In this document: piece after piece, positions 9,448-19,100 of the stretch
Layout of the letters: every line of letters starts with the position of its first letter
How positions within the stretch are numbered: position 1 is the first letter of the stretch
Source of the DNA: Candidatus Omnitrophota bacterium
GTDB lineage: Bacteria; Omnitrophota; Gorgyraeia; Zapsychrales; JANLHA01
Assembly (NCBI GenBank): GCA_017995055.1
Contig: JAGOJP010000002.1
Coordinates: forward strand, 1-52,143
Length of the DNA stretch: 52,143 nucleotides
Reading direction: 5' to 3'
Notes under the pieces: model-generated
What the model was told of the DNA's origin: nothing
Seen by the model: only the letters and a program-made list of their open reading frames with translations
The model's database searches: none
Position numbers and translations under genes: made by a program

Positions 9448-11427
9448 CTATAATTTCCAGACAAAAAGCGCCACAAGAGTGAATAAAATATATAAAATGT
9501 AACTCTGCAATTTCCCGTGTTGCACCCAGGTCAATCTCTCCGTCAAACGATGAATCAATCTCAGCATAGGGCGGAAAAGCGTTTCACTAAACAGGTCAGC
9601 CGTTTCCGTTTTAAAAGAGGAATGGTCCGGGAAATATGCGGTTATTTTCACGGCATGTTTCTGTGTTCTTAAAATGCCTTTAAAAAAATCTACAATCGGC
9701 TGGGCAAACGATGAGGCCGTATATTGCATACGGGGGGCAGGACAGGCGTACCCGCAATCCCAGGTCAAAGAGCGCGCTGTCACGCGCTTTCTTAAAAGTC
9801 CGTGACGCAGCAGCACGCTTAAAAAAAAGAGGATAAAAAGAAATAAGGCCATAACGAGAATAGAAATTAATGGCGGAAGCGCAACCCCAAGGGATTGTTG
9901 TATCGAACCAAGCGGCGTACCCGTCATATCTGCGATAACCCGGGCAAACATCCCGAGGTACCAAGGAGCAGTTAACCCCATAACAAGACAAACCGCGGCC
10001 AGGACCGCCATGGACGTCCGCATGAAAACCCCGGGTTCACCGGCGTGCTGGGCATATGCGCTTCTGGGTTCGCCAAGAAAAATAATCCCGAAGGCTTTCG
10101 TAAAACAGGCGGCCGCCAGGCCTCCGATTAAAGCCAGCGATAGCATGGTTCCCAAGGCGATAAAAACCAGCAGTGTGGATCCGAATACATTTTTAAAGGA
10201 GACGAAATAAATTAAAAACTCGCTTATAAAACCATTAAAAGGCGGCAGGCCACAAATCGCAGCCGCGCCGGCAAGAAAACAAAAACCGGTGAGAGGCATC
10301 TTCTTCAGCAAACCTCCCAGGACATCCATGTCCCGTGTGGCGGTTTCCTGATAAACAGCACCTGCCCCCAGGAAAAGGAGCCCTTTAAAAAAGGCGTGAT
10401 TGACGACATGCAATAAAGCCCCCGTAAATCCCAGAACCATCAAAAGAAAATTATTAAGGCTCAGCCCCAGCACCCCCAAACCGATGCCCATCGTTATAAT
10501 GCCGACATTTTCGATGCTTGAATAGGCGAGAAGCCGCTTAATATCGTGCTGCGCCAGAGCAAACAAAACCCCCAGAATCCCGGAAATACTTCCGAGAGCG
10601 ATCAACAGGTAGCCCCACCAGGCGCAGGGCGCCCCTAAAAAAGTTAAAATACGCAAAAGGCCGTAAAGCCCTGTTTTGATCATAACCCCGGACATAAGCG
10701 CGGACACATGGCTCGGCGCGGCCGGGTGGGCTTCGGGCAACCAAATGTGCATGGGCATAAAACCGGATTTTGTCCCAAATCCGATCAAGGCACAAAGGAA
10801 AATGACAGAAGGCGCGGTTCCGGATACGGCTCCCGGCCACCGGCTAAAATCAAACGAACCGCTATCCTTCCCTAGTAAAATAAACATCGCCAATAAAAAA
10901 AGCGTCCCGATATGCGTCGCGATCAGATACACCAGCCCGGCCCGGGGCACCCCCTTCTTTTCCCCTTCAAATAACACCAGGAAAAAAGAACTGACAGACA
11001 TCATTTCCCAGGCCGTCAAGAAAAGGACAGCATTGCGGGCCGTCACAACAAGAACCATGCTGGCAACGAGGATATTATAAAAAAACCACGCGGCCCCGAT
11101 ATTTTTCTGGCCATAGTAATGCCTTAAATATTCCGATCCATACAAAGCGGATAATGCGGACAAAAAAAAGATGGGGAATAAAAAGACCGCGCCCAAAGCA
11201 TCAACTTCAAGGGAGAAAGAACCGTAAGGCACCGTCCAGGGGAAGAGGAACACGGCAGCGCCGGGATTATTGTGAAGAAAACAAAAAGCGCCCAACCCCA
11301 CAAGGCAGGCGATAACCGCTCCCCCCGCGCCGATGGTATTGGCCAATTTGGCTGACCGACTTAAGCCAAGGGAAACAACTCCGCTTATCATCAACAGCCC
11401 CAGGGAAAACAATATGATATTCATCAT
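9448..11427 (-). CDS. NuoL/HyfB/HycC-like antiporter-like membrane subunit
   Basis: 659 aa, with WLPEAHPAAPSHVSALMSGVMIKTGLYGLLR and LAYSSIENVG motifs. First gene of the operon. Confidence 0.8.
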   Translation of the reverse strand: MMNIILFSLGLLMISGVVSLGLSRSAKLANTIGAGGAVIACLVGLGAFCFLHNNPGAAVFLFPWTVPYGSFSLEVDALGAVFLFPIFFLSALSALYGSEYLRHYYGQKNIGAAWFFYNILVASMVLVVTARNAVLFLTAWEMMSVSSFFLVLFEGEKKGVPRAGLVYLIATHIGTLFLLAMFILLGKDSGSFDFSRWPGAVSGTAPSVIFLCALIGFGTKSGFMPMHIWLPEAHPAAPSHVSALMSGVMIKTGLYGLLRILTFLGAPCAWWGYLLIALGSISGILGVLFALAQHDIKRLLAYSSIENVGIITMGIGLGVLGLSLNNFLLMVLGFTGALLHVVNHAFFKGLLFLGAGAVYQETATRDMDVLGGLLKKMPLTGFCFLAGAAAICGLPPFNGFISEFLIYFVSFKNVFGSTLLVFIALGTMLSLALIGGLAAACFTKAFGIIFLGEPRSAYAQHAGEPGVFMRTSMAVLAAVCLVMGLTAPWYLGMFARVIADMTGTPLGSIQQSLGVALPPLISILVMALFLFILFFLSVLLRHGLLRKRVTARSLTWDCGYACPAPRMQYTASSFAQPIVDFFKGILRTQKHAVKITAYFPDHSSFKTETADLFSETLFRPMLRLIHRLTERLTWVQHGKLQSYILYILFTLVALFVWKL

Positions 11428-11560
11428 TTTTTCTCTTTAAATTAAATCCATATCCTTCAACTCGTTCGCTTTCGTTCACTCGCTTCAGGATCAATTCGCA
11501 TTTCTAATTTACACTCCCTTCGGTCGTGTAAACTAAATGCTCATTGAATAAATTTTGCTC

Positions 11561-12238
11561 TTATTCCTTTATGGACTCTTCAACCCGCGTAATTTCTTTC
11601 AGGATAACTTCCCTGGACTTTTGATGCACAATCGTATCGAGGACTTTCGCGTCTTTTAAAACATAGGCGATGCGCGAAAGCATTTTAAGGTGGCTCCTGA
11701 CCGTCGGGCTGATTAAGGTCACCAGGCAATTCACCTGTTTTCCGTCTATAGCGCCATAATCAACCGGCTCTTCCAGGAAACAAACGGCAACGATCGCGTG
11801 AGAGATGTGCGTGACGACAGGATAACGCGCGTGCGGGATAGCGATTCCATTACCGAGGCCGGTGGAGCCCAATTCCTCCCGGACAAGCATGGCTTCCAAA
11901 AGGCTCTCTTTTTTTACATCTTCCGGCAAATTGAGAAGCTCCAAAACAGCCTTCAGCAAAGTCTTTTTGTCATGGCCTTCAATGCGATAATAAATTCCGC
12001 CTTTTTTAACGGCTTCCGTTAATGACACCGGCTTAACATCCTTCTCATCTGCCTGATGAAGGATGGCTTGAGAAACATTGATTTTATGAGCTGTGGCCCA
12101 ATCCAATATCTCGATTCGGTTAAACCGGTACTGATCGTGAATCCGGTAGAAAGGGATGGTTTGTTGTTTAATCCAACGGTAAATGGTCCTTTCCGTCACG
12201 TTCAACAGTTGCGATAAATCCTTAACACTCAGCTGCAT
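11561..12238 (-). CDS. HTH (excisionase/MerR-type) - PTS EIIA type-2 (Fru/Ntr) fusion regulator
   Basis: HTH LLNVTERTIYRWIKQQTIPFYRI followed by an EIIA-2 domain with the phospho-His signature GIAIPHAR. Start set at ATG 12238 (MQLSVKDL), preceded by GGAGAG. The longer ORF start at 12307 is overlapped by a promoter. Confidence 0.75.
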   Translation of the reverse strand: MQLSVKDLSQLLNVTERTIYRWIKQQTIPFYRIHDQYRFNRIEILDWATAHKINVSQAILHQADEKDVKPVSLTEAVKKGGIYYRIEGHDKKTLLKAVLELLNLPEDVKKESLLEAMLVREELGSTGLGNGIAIPHARYPVVTHISHAIVAVCFLEEPVDYGAIDGKQVNCLVTLISPTVRSHLKMLSRIAYVLKDAKVLDTIVHQKSREVILKEITRVEESIKE

Positions 12239-12295
12239 TTTCTCTCCACAAATTTTAAATGATTTTGAAAGCCCGGCTATTTCGATTAAAGCGTC

Positions 12296-12324
12296 ATAAT
12301 AGGACATGGGCGCCTATTTGTCAA
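12296..12324 (-). promoter_or_regulatory. Sigma70-like promoter of the HTH-EIIA gene
   Basis: On the minus strand: TTGACA (12324..12319), a 17-nt spacer, then TATTAT (12301..12296). A direct repeat ATAGATAT x2 at 12324..12331 and 12335..12342 (11-nt phase) lies just upstream. Confidence 0.45.
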
Positions 12325-12380
12325 TAGATATCATATAGATATGACTTTATGTTACAAAAAGTATTGAGGCCCATCAGGGG

Positions 12381-12436
12381 GATAAAAACAAAAACCCTTT
12401 GTAAAGTATTTCATTAAAAACCTTTACAAAGGGTTT
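12381..12436 (-). terminator. Intrinsic terminator after the small secreted-protein gene
   Basis: 14-bp perfect stem AACCCTTTGTAAAG / CTTTACAAAGGGTT (12393..12406 and 12422..12435), followed on the minus strand by UUUUUGUUUUUAU. Confidence 0.7.
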
Positions 12437-12516
12437 CCGGGCCTTATAAACGCTTCCTTGGAAACTATTTCTAAATTTTTGCCCTTCCCTTCCGCGGATT
12501 ACGGAAGGATTACAAT

Positions 12517-12924
12517 CTATTTTTTTAATTCAATCTTCTGCATCGCCGCCTCTCTGGCTTCCTTCGCCGTTTTCAGGGCGACATTTTTTTCTTCCGTAGC
12601 CGTTCGCATCGCCGCAGCCCGCTCTTCACCGCTCAATTTCTTGGCGGCGGCGACGGCTTCCTTAAATTTTTCCATAGCGGCCTGTTTCTCCGTTTTATAC
12701 GCGTCCCTCACAGTCGCCATTTCCGTTTTCGCATTCTCTTTTGTCTGATTCCAAGTTGCCTGAGAGGCCTCATGACGCCTCTCCCCCGATTGATGAGTTT
12801 CCCCCGCCTTGACTCGCAATTCTTTCTTTTGTTTTTCCCGTGGCGGCTTTGCCGCATCAACAGCCGGGGACAGCAGCCCTATCGCAAGCAGAGTAACAGC
12901 AGCCATTTTTATCACTCTTTTCAT
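12517..12924 (-). CDS. Small secreted Lys/Glu/Ala-rich protein, function unknown
   Basis: 135 aa with signal peptide MKRVIKMAAVTLLAIGLLSPAVDA. AGGAG lies 7 nt upstream of the ATG and a strong terminator follows. Low-complexity helical sequence. Confidence 0.5.
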   Translation of the reverse strand: MKRVIKMAAVTLLAIGLLSPAVDAAKPPREKQKKELRVKAGETHQSGERRHEASQATWNQTKENAKTEMATVRDAYKTEKQAAMEKFKEAVAAAKKLSGEERAAAMRTATEEKNVALKTAKEAREAAMQKIELKK

Positions 12925-13005
12925 TCACCGCTCCTTTCATGAAAACAACATCCCTGACTCTCCCCTATGTCAATAAAAAAGGTCCTCTGTCCAGCCGCCG
13001 TTTTT

Positions 13006-13206
13006 TCACCGCGAGTTTAAAAACCTCTCCCAGACAAAAATGATAAATTTCCCTAAGAGCCAAATGCCTGATATTACAAAAAGGAAAGCGAGGATTATTT
13101 TTAGGAAAAAACCAAAAACCATAATCAAAGGATAAAGCAGTATCCCGACCCCCGCCAAAATACTCACAGCCATCAGAAAAACCAGGCCGACGGCAAAAGC
13201 TTTCAT
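13006..13206 (-). CDS. Small two-TM membrane protein, function unknown
   Basis: 66 aa with two hydrophobic helices. AGGAG lies 9 nt upstream of the ATG at 13206. Confidence 0.45.
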   Translation of the reverse strand: MKAFAVGLVFLMAVSILAGVGILLYPLIMVFGFFLKIILAFLFVISGIWLLGKFIIFVWERFLNSR

Positions 13207-13400
13207 AGGTCTCCACTCCTGTTCTCTATAGGTTCATGCCAATAATATCTTCCCCCCCCGGAGTCCTGCGGGTCTCGGCTGTCACGGAATCCAGGATGCT
13301 CATGCCCCTCCACCCCGTATTGTACTGCATCCACCGTTGAAAGCAACAGATATAATCCTCCCTTCCTTTAAGAAAGCCGGCATGTTTATCATGAAGATGC

Positions 13401-13440
13401 TTGACAGAACGCAAAGCGTGGAATATAGTTTGTAAAACTA
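13401..13440 (+). promoter_or_regulatory. Sigma70-like promoter plus candidate MarR operator of the efflux operon
   Basis: TTGACA (13401..13406), a 17-nt spacer, then TATAGT (13424..13429). The inverted repeat TAGTTT-GTA-AAACTA at 13426..13440 overlaps the -10 box. Confidence 0.5.
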
Positions 13441-13478
13441 ATAATAAGCTTGATAAACTATATGACACGGGGGACCAG

Positions 13479-13931
13479 GTGGCTCAATTATCAACCGCTG
13501 AGTTCGCGGACCAGCTGTTAAAAATCATTCCGGACATTACGCGGGAATTCCTGCGGCACCAAATCCAGGAAATATCCAAAGGGGTGCTGACCGTCCCCCA
13601 GTTCCTGATCATGGAGCATCTTATCCATCACGGGGAATCCCGCATGAAAGATCTGGCGACTTTCATGAATGTCACCATGGCCACCATGACAGGGATTGTC
13701 GACCGGCTTGTCCGTGATGGGTGTGCCCAACGCCTCCTGGATCCCAGCGACAGGCGGAGTGTCAAAGTCGCTTTGACGCCCAAGGGTCTCCATCTCACAA
13801 AAAAAGTTCAAAAAGCCCGGCGTGAAGTTATCACAGATATTTTCGATAAAATTTCGCCCCCTGACCGCCGGGAATATTTACGGATCCTCAACAATATCCA
13901 TCAGGTATTAAAAAACAGGAAGAAAACATAA
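13479..13931 (+). CDS. MarR-family transcriptional regulator
   Basis: Winged-HTH region MKDLATFMNVTMATMTGIVDRLVRDGCAQRLLDPSDRRSVKVALTPKG. The ORF-track start at 13401 is the -35 box itself. GTG at 13479 follows GGGGGA and gives a typical 150-aa MarR. Confidence 0.85.
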   Translation: MAQLSTAEFADQLLKIIPDITREFLRHQIQEISKGVLTVPQFLIMEHLIHHGESRMKDLATFMNVTMATMTGIVDRLVRDGCAQRLLDPSDRRSVKVALTPKGLHLTKKVQKARREVITDIFDKISPPDRREYLRILNNIHQVLKNRKKT

Positions 13932-13932
13932 T

Positions 13933-15195
13933 ATGCGTAAATTATTTTTAGGGGCTGTCTTCGTTTTGATTTTCCCTCTTCCGGTCCTGGCGGAAGAAAT
14001 TTCCTTAACTTTAAAAGAGTCCCTTGACCTGGCCCTTCGGGAAAACCGGAGCATTCTGCTGAAAGCCCAGGAAATCAAAAAAGCGAAAGAAAAAATCAGG
14101 GAAGCCCAGGGCGGCTTCTTCCCTTCCGTCACGGCTTCGGCCACAGAATCGCAGACCTGGGGATATTTCGACAAAAATGCAACTCAAACAGCGGCCCAGG
14201 CGGGCGTCAAACAGTATTTATATACCGGAGGGCAAACTTTAAATACTTATCAAAAAAATCAGGCCGAATTTCAGGCGGCCGAGGCGTCCCTTGAAAAAAC
14301 CAAAGCCGACATCATCCTCGAAGTCAAGAAAGCCTTCTATGCCTTGCTTTTAGCCAATGAATTTGTTCAACTCAATCAAAAGATCCTGGACAACACACAG
14401 GAGCACCTGAATTACTCGGGCGTGCTTTATCAAAACGGACGAACCGATGAACTCGCCTTATTACAAATCCAGGAAGCGTTCAGTTCGGTCGAAGAGGCTT
14501 ATCAGGAATCCATCCACCAGACCGAAGAACTGCAGTCCCTGTTACGCAGCCTGCTATTTATCGATGAAGAAACCCGCATCAAACCCGATGACGCCTTTCT
14601 TTATGACCCCGAAATGCTGGCCTATGAAGAAGGCGTCCTTCGGGCGATGGAACAGCGCCCCGAGATCCGGGAGTTTGACGCGTTAGAAAAATCCGACGAA
14701 CAGGCCATTGAAATTGCCAAGACGGGCAACCGGCCGACGCTGTACGCCTCGTGGGATTATTATGCGCGTTCGCACATGTCTGGGACAACCTCCAAAAATT
14801 GGAATGACCACAGCGTGATCGGCGTGACAATGACCTGGCCGGTTTTTGACGGCTGGGCGACGAAAGCAAAGGTTGAGGAAGCGATTATCGACCTGAAACA
14901 GACACAGTTATCCCGGGAGCAATTCCTAAAAGACCTGGCCGCTGAACTCAAGGGAACCTATTTAGAACTTAAAAACGCCATCAACCAGATAAAAACAGCC
15001 CAGGCCAACATGGCTTACTACGAAAACTATCTGACCACCACGGAAGAAAAATATGCCAAAGGGTTAGTCAGCGCCCTGGATCTTGATGACGCCCGGGTTG
15101 GCCAGCAAGTCGCAGCCTTCAACAGAAGTCAGGCGATTTACAACTTTATCATAGCCGACAGCAAATTCAAAAAAGCCACAGGAGGAGAACAATGA
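13933..15195 (+). CDS. TolC-family outer-membrane efflux protein
   Basis: 420 aa with a signal peptide, two-fold internal repeat structure and the coiled-coil pattern of outer-membrane factor proteins. The ATG follows the marR stop by 1 nt. Confidence 0.85.
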   Translation: MRKLFLGAVFVLIFPLPVLAEEISLTLKESLDLALRENRSILLKAQEIKKAKEKIREAQGGFFPSVTASATESQTWGYFDKNATQTAAQAGVKQYLYTGGQTLNTYQKNQAEFQAAEASLEKTKADIILEVKKAFYALLLANEFVQLNQKILDNTQEHLNYSGVLYQNGRTDELALLQIQEAFSSVEEAYQESIHQTEELQSLLRSLLFIDEETRIKPDDAFLYDPEMLAYEEGVLRAMEQRPEIREFDALEKSDEQAIEIAKTGNRPTLYASWDYYARSHMSGTTSKNWNDHSVIGVTMTWPVFDGWATKAKVEEAIIDLKQTQLSREQFLKDLAAELKGTYLELKNAINQIKTAQANMAYYENYLTTTEEKYAKGLVSALDLDDARVGQQVAAFNRSQAIYNFIIADSKFKKATGGEQ

Positions 15196-16124
15196 GTTCC
15201 CGTTTAAAATACCCCGTGATCATACTGGCCGTCGTTCTGCTCTTCCCGATGGGGAAAGCCCTGCTGAAGAAATCCGACCCCTCCGGGGGATCGCAGGACC
15301 CCAGCATCCCTGTCCGGGTCCAGAAGGTTCACGTGGGGGATATTCAGAAAGCACTGGAATACGTGGGCAACGTGAAGGCGCAGGCGGAAGTGATGATTTA
15401 TCCTAAAGTCAGCGGAAAAGTCATCGAAAAGATTAAAGAAGAAGGCGCTGAAGTCAACCCGGGAGATGTTATCGCCTACATCGACCGCGATGAAATCGGT
15501 CTGAAATTCGAAAAAGCCCCGGTGGAAAGCCCGATTAAGGGTGTGATCGGCCGTGTTTTTGTAGATATCGGGTCGCATGTCACCTCTCCGGTCGCCGGGA
15601 CATCTCAGACAGCCGTCGCCATGGTGATCGACATGGACACCATGATAATAGATCTGGATATACCCGAAATCTATCTGCCCAAGGTTTCTTTGGGCCAGCA
15701 GGCTGCCGTCAGTTTTGACGCCTATCCGGGAGAGAAGTTCACGGGGACGGTCAAAAAAGTCAGCCCTGTTTTAAACCTCCTGAACCGGGCCGCCCCGGTT
15801 GAAATCCAAATTGATAACAAAGATCACCGGCTGAAATCAGGGATGTTCGCCCGGGTCATCCTCCCTCTCGAAAAACACGAACGGGTTCCCATTCTGATCA
15901 AAGAAGCGGTGATCGGGCAAGAACCCGAAGCTCATGTTTATGTGATAGAAAACGGGAAAGCGTTCTCGAGGAAGGTTACCCTGGGGATACGGGAAGCCGA
16001 AAAGGTTGAAGTGACAACCGGGGTCAAAGAGGGTGAGCTGGTCGTGGTGATGGGGCAACAGCGGTTGTATGATGATGCGCCCGTACGCGTGGAAATCGAT
16101 GAAGCCGAAGGAGACGGCCGATGA
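15192..16124 (+). CDS. RND efflux periplasmic adaptor (membrane-fusion protein, HlyD family)
   Basis: 310 aa with an N-terminal anchor and lipoyl/beta-barrel motifs (GDVIAYIDRDE ... PLKSGMFARV). ATGA overlaps with both neighbours. Confidence 0.85.
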   Translation: MSSRLKYPVIILAVVLLFPMGKALLKKSDPSGGSQDPSIPVRVQKVHVGDIQKALEYVGNVKAQAEVMIYPKVSGKVIEKIKEEGAEVNPGDVIAYIDRDEIGLKFEKAPVESPIKGVIGRVFVDIGSHVTSPVAGTSQTAVAMVIDMDTMIIDLDIPEIYLPKVSLGQQAAVSFDAYPGEKFTGTVKKVSPVLNLLNRAAPVEIQIDNKDHRLKSGMFARVILPLEKHERVPILIKEAVIGQEPEAHVYVIENGKAFSRKVTLGIREAEKVEVTTGVKEGELVVVMGQQRLYDDAPVRVEIDEAEGDGR

Positions 16125-19100
16125 ACCTTCCGGAATTTGGAGTCAAAAGGCCCGTCACGAATCTGATGATCTTCTCGTCCATTATTGTCCTGGCCCTTTA
16201 TAGTCTAACCCGCCTGGGGATCGATAACATGCCCAAGATTGAACCTCCGGTCATTAGCGTTATCTGCTCTTACCCGGGGGCCAGCCCGGAAGACGTTGAA
16301 GCCAAAGTAACGGAGCCGCTGGAGAACCAATTGGCAACCACGCCGGGGCTGGAAAAAATCACCTCGAAATCCTCAGACGGCCTGTCCGTCATATCCCTGA
16401 AGTTTGACTGGGCAACGGACCTGGACGCGGCCTCCAACGATATCCGGGACAGGATTGAGCTGGCTAAACGATTTTTGCCGGATATCCCGGACGAGATGGA
16501 AAATCCCATCATCTTCAAATTCAACACGGCGAACATGCCTGTTTTGTTTATAAGCGTGACCGCGACACAATCCTACACGCAGCTTTATGATATTATCGAC
16601 AAGCGCGTAGCGGACCCCATCCGGCAGCTGCCCGGCGTGGGGACCGTACAATTGTTCGGCGGCCTGGAACGGCAAATTAACGTGCTGATTGACCGGCAAC
16701 GGCTGGAAGGATACGGGTTGTCCATTCTGGACATCCAGGAAACCCTGAAAGCCGAAAACATAGCCCAGCCCCTAGGCAAATTAAAGACCGGCTTAACAGA
16801 CTACCTGATCCGGCTGCCCGGCGAATTCGCCAGCCCGGAAGAAATCAATTCGGTTATCTTGGGCAAGCATAACGGCCATTTAATCTATTTAAAGGACATC
16901 GCCAAAATCGAAGACGGCTTTAAAGAAGTCAACCTCAAAGCCCGGATCAACGGACATCCCGGCTTACTTCTGTTTATTCAAAAACAGACCGACACCAATA
17001 CCGTTAAAGTCGCCACGAGCATAAAAAAGAGATTAAATGAACTGCTCAAAATACTTCCGGGCGATATCCAAATGCATATCATTTTCGACACATCCCAAGA
17101 TATCACGGATTCCCTGAACAATCTCAAATCTTCGGTCTGGGTCGGGATCACCCTGGTTCTGTTCGTTGTCTGGTTTTTTTTAAGGCGCATTATTCCCAGC
17201 ATCATTATCGCCCTGACCATCCCCTTCTCTCTTTTAATTGCCTTTATTTATCTTTTCTTAAGCGGGCGCACAGTCAATGTCATCAGCTTGTCCTCTCTGG
17301 CCATCGCCGCGGGGATGGTCGTTGATAACGCCATCGTCGTTGTGGACAATGTTTATCGCAAGCTGGAACGGGGCAACCGACCCAGAGAAGCGGCAATTTT
17401 CGGCGCCAAGGAAATGTTTCTGGCGATAGCCGCCTCGACCTTCACGACTGTTGTCGTTTTCCTCCCTATGCTTTTCCTGCCGGGCGTTATCGGCATCATG
17501 TTCGGAGAGATGGCGGTCATCATCACGGTGACGCTCCTGGCCTCCCTCTTTACGGCCGCCACCTTCACCCCCATGTTATGCTCTCTCTGGATGAAAGGCT
17601 TATTCCAGAACAATAACGGGCACGGCCTGTTTACCCGGTTTTACATGTTTTCTGAAAAAATATTCCACCGGGTCGATGAATACTATGCAACCATTTTGGA
17701 TTGGGCCTTACGGCACAAGAAACTTGTCCTGATCAGCTTTTCAGCGGCTTTCTTTGGCACGCTCTTGCTGACGCCTTTCATCGGCAACGAATTCGCCCCG
17801 GAAGAAGATACCGGAGATGTCCGCCTGACCGTCAGCCTTCCCCTGGGGACACGGCTTGAAGAATCCGATAAAGTGGCGCGCCGGATCGAAGCCATCATAA
17901 AAGCCGATATTCCCGAGGCAAAACTTATTTTTGCCCGTATGGGAGAGACGAAAGGCGGCGCATCGGGGCAAACAGGGGGTTCCCATGTGATCTCCTGCGG
18001 CATGAAATTAGTCCCCAAAACCGAGCGCAAACGGTCCGACAAGGAAATCGCCCAAGCTTTAAGGCAAAAAATCAACCCCATCCCGGGCATTGAAAAAATC
18101 GACATGACCATAGGCAACCCGATCGGGCGTATGCTGACGGGGATGGGAGGCAAATCGGTTCAAATCGAAATTATCGGCAATTCTTTTGACGCGACCAACG
18201 ATGTTGCCCACCGGATAAAATCCATGCTGGAAAAGGTGCCCGGCGCGGTGGACGTTTCCATCTCCCGGGAACTCAACAGGCCCCAGCTGGAAATTCAGAT
18301 TGACCGCATCAAAGCCGCGAGTCTGGGCCTCACCATGAACACGATCGCCAATAGCTTAAACACATCCATTGCCGGGTCAACAGCGACAAAATACCGTGAG
18401 GAGGGCGAAACGTACGATATTTTTGTGCGGCTGGAAGAGTCTTCCCGACAAAAAATAGAAGACCTGGAAAACCTTTCCATCGTTTCTCCTGTGACGCAAA
18501 CGCCTATTAAATTAGCGAATATCGCCCGCGTTATTGAAGGGTTCAGTCCCGTAGAAATTGAAAGACAAAACCGGGAACGCGTGGTCAGGATCGAATGCAA
18601 CGCCTACCAACGCTCTTCGGGGAAAATTGTGGAAGACATCAAAATAGAACTGGAGAAAATGACATTACCCGCTAATGTCATGGTCAACATCGGCGGTGAG
18701 GCCGAAGAGCAAAAAAAGGCCTTCCAGGATTTAGGGCTGCTTTTGCTCCTGGGCGTCTGCCTGGTGTATATGATCATGGCCGCGCAATTCGAATCATTGC
18801 TGGACCCGTTTATCGTCATGTTTGCCATCCCTTTCACTTTCATAGGCGTCATCTGGACATTTTATATCACAGGGACAACCTTAAGCATTGTCAGTTATCT
18901 GGGGATTATTATGCTTTTAGGGATCGTGGTTAACAATGCCATCGTCCTGATCAGTTACATCATCTTACTGAGGGCCCGCGGCCTGAACATGCATGACGCG
19001 GTCACCCATGCCGGGCAGGACCGCTTGCGGGCGATCTTAATGACGACGATTACCACTCTGGCCGGGTTCCTTCCTCTAGCCGTTTCTCAGGGTGTAGGGA

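Noticed and set aside
13226-13468. 80-aa minus-strand ORF upstream of marR.
   Set aside because: It overlaps the marR promoter and operator, has no RBS and no recognisable features. The alternative ORF 12965..13216 was likewise rejected in favour of the RBS-supported 66-aa membrane protein at 13006..13206.
16270-18852. Numerous 60-160-aa ORFs antisense to or out of frame with the RND permease gene. Similar shadow ORFs occur throughout the track, e.g. 573..839, 5749..6192, 6978..7376, 22583..23056 and 50087..50377.
   Set aside because: They lie entirely inside long, motif-supported genes on the opposite strand or another frame. They have no RBS and show low-complexity or Arg/Pro/Ser-rich compositions typical of shadow ORFs.
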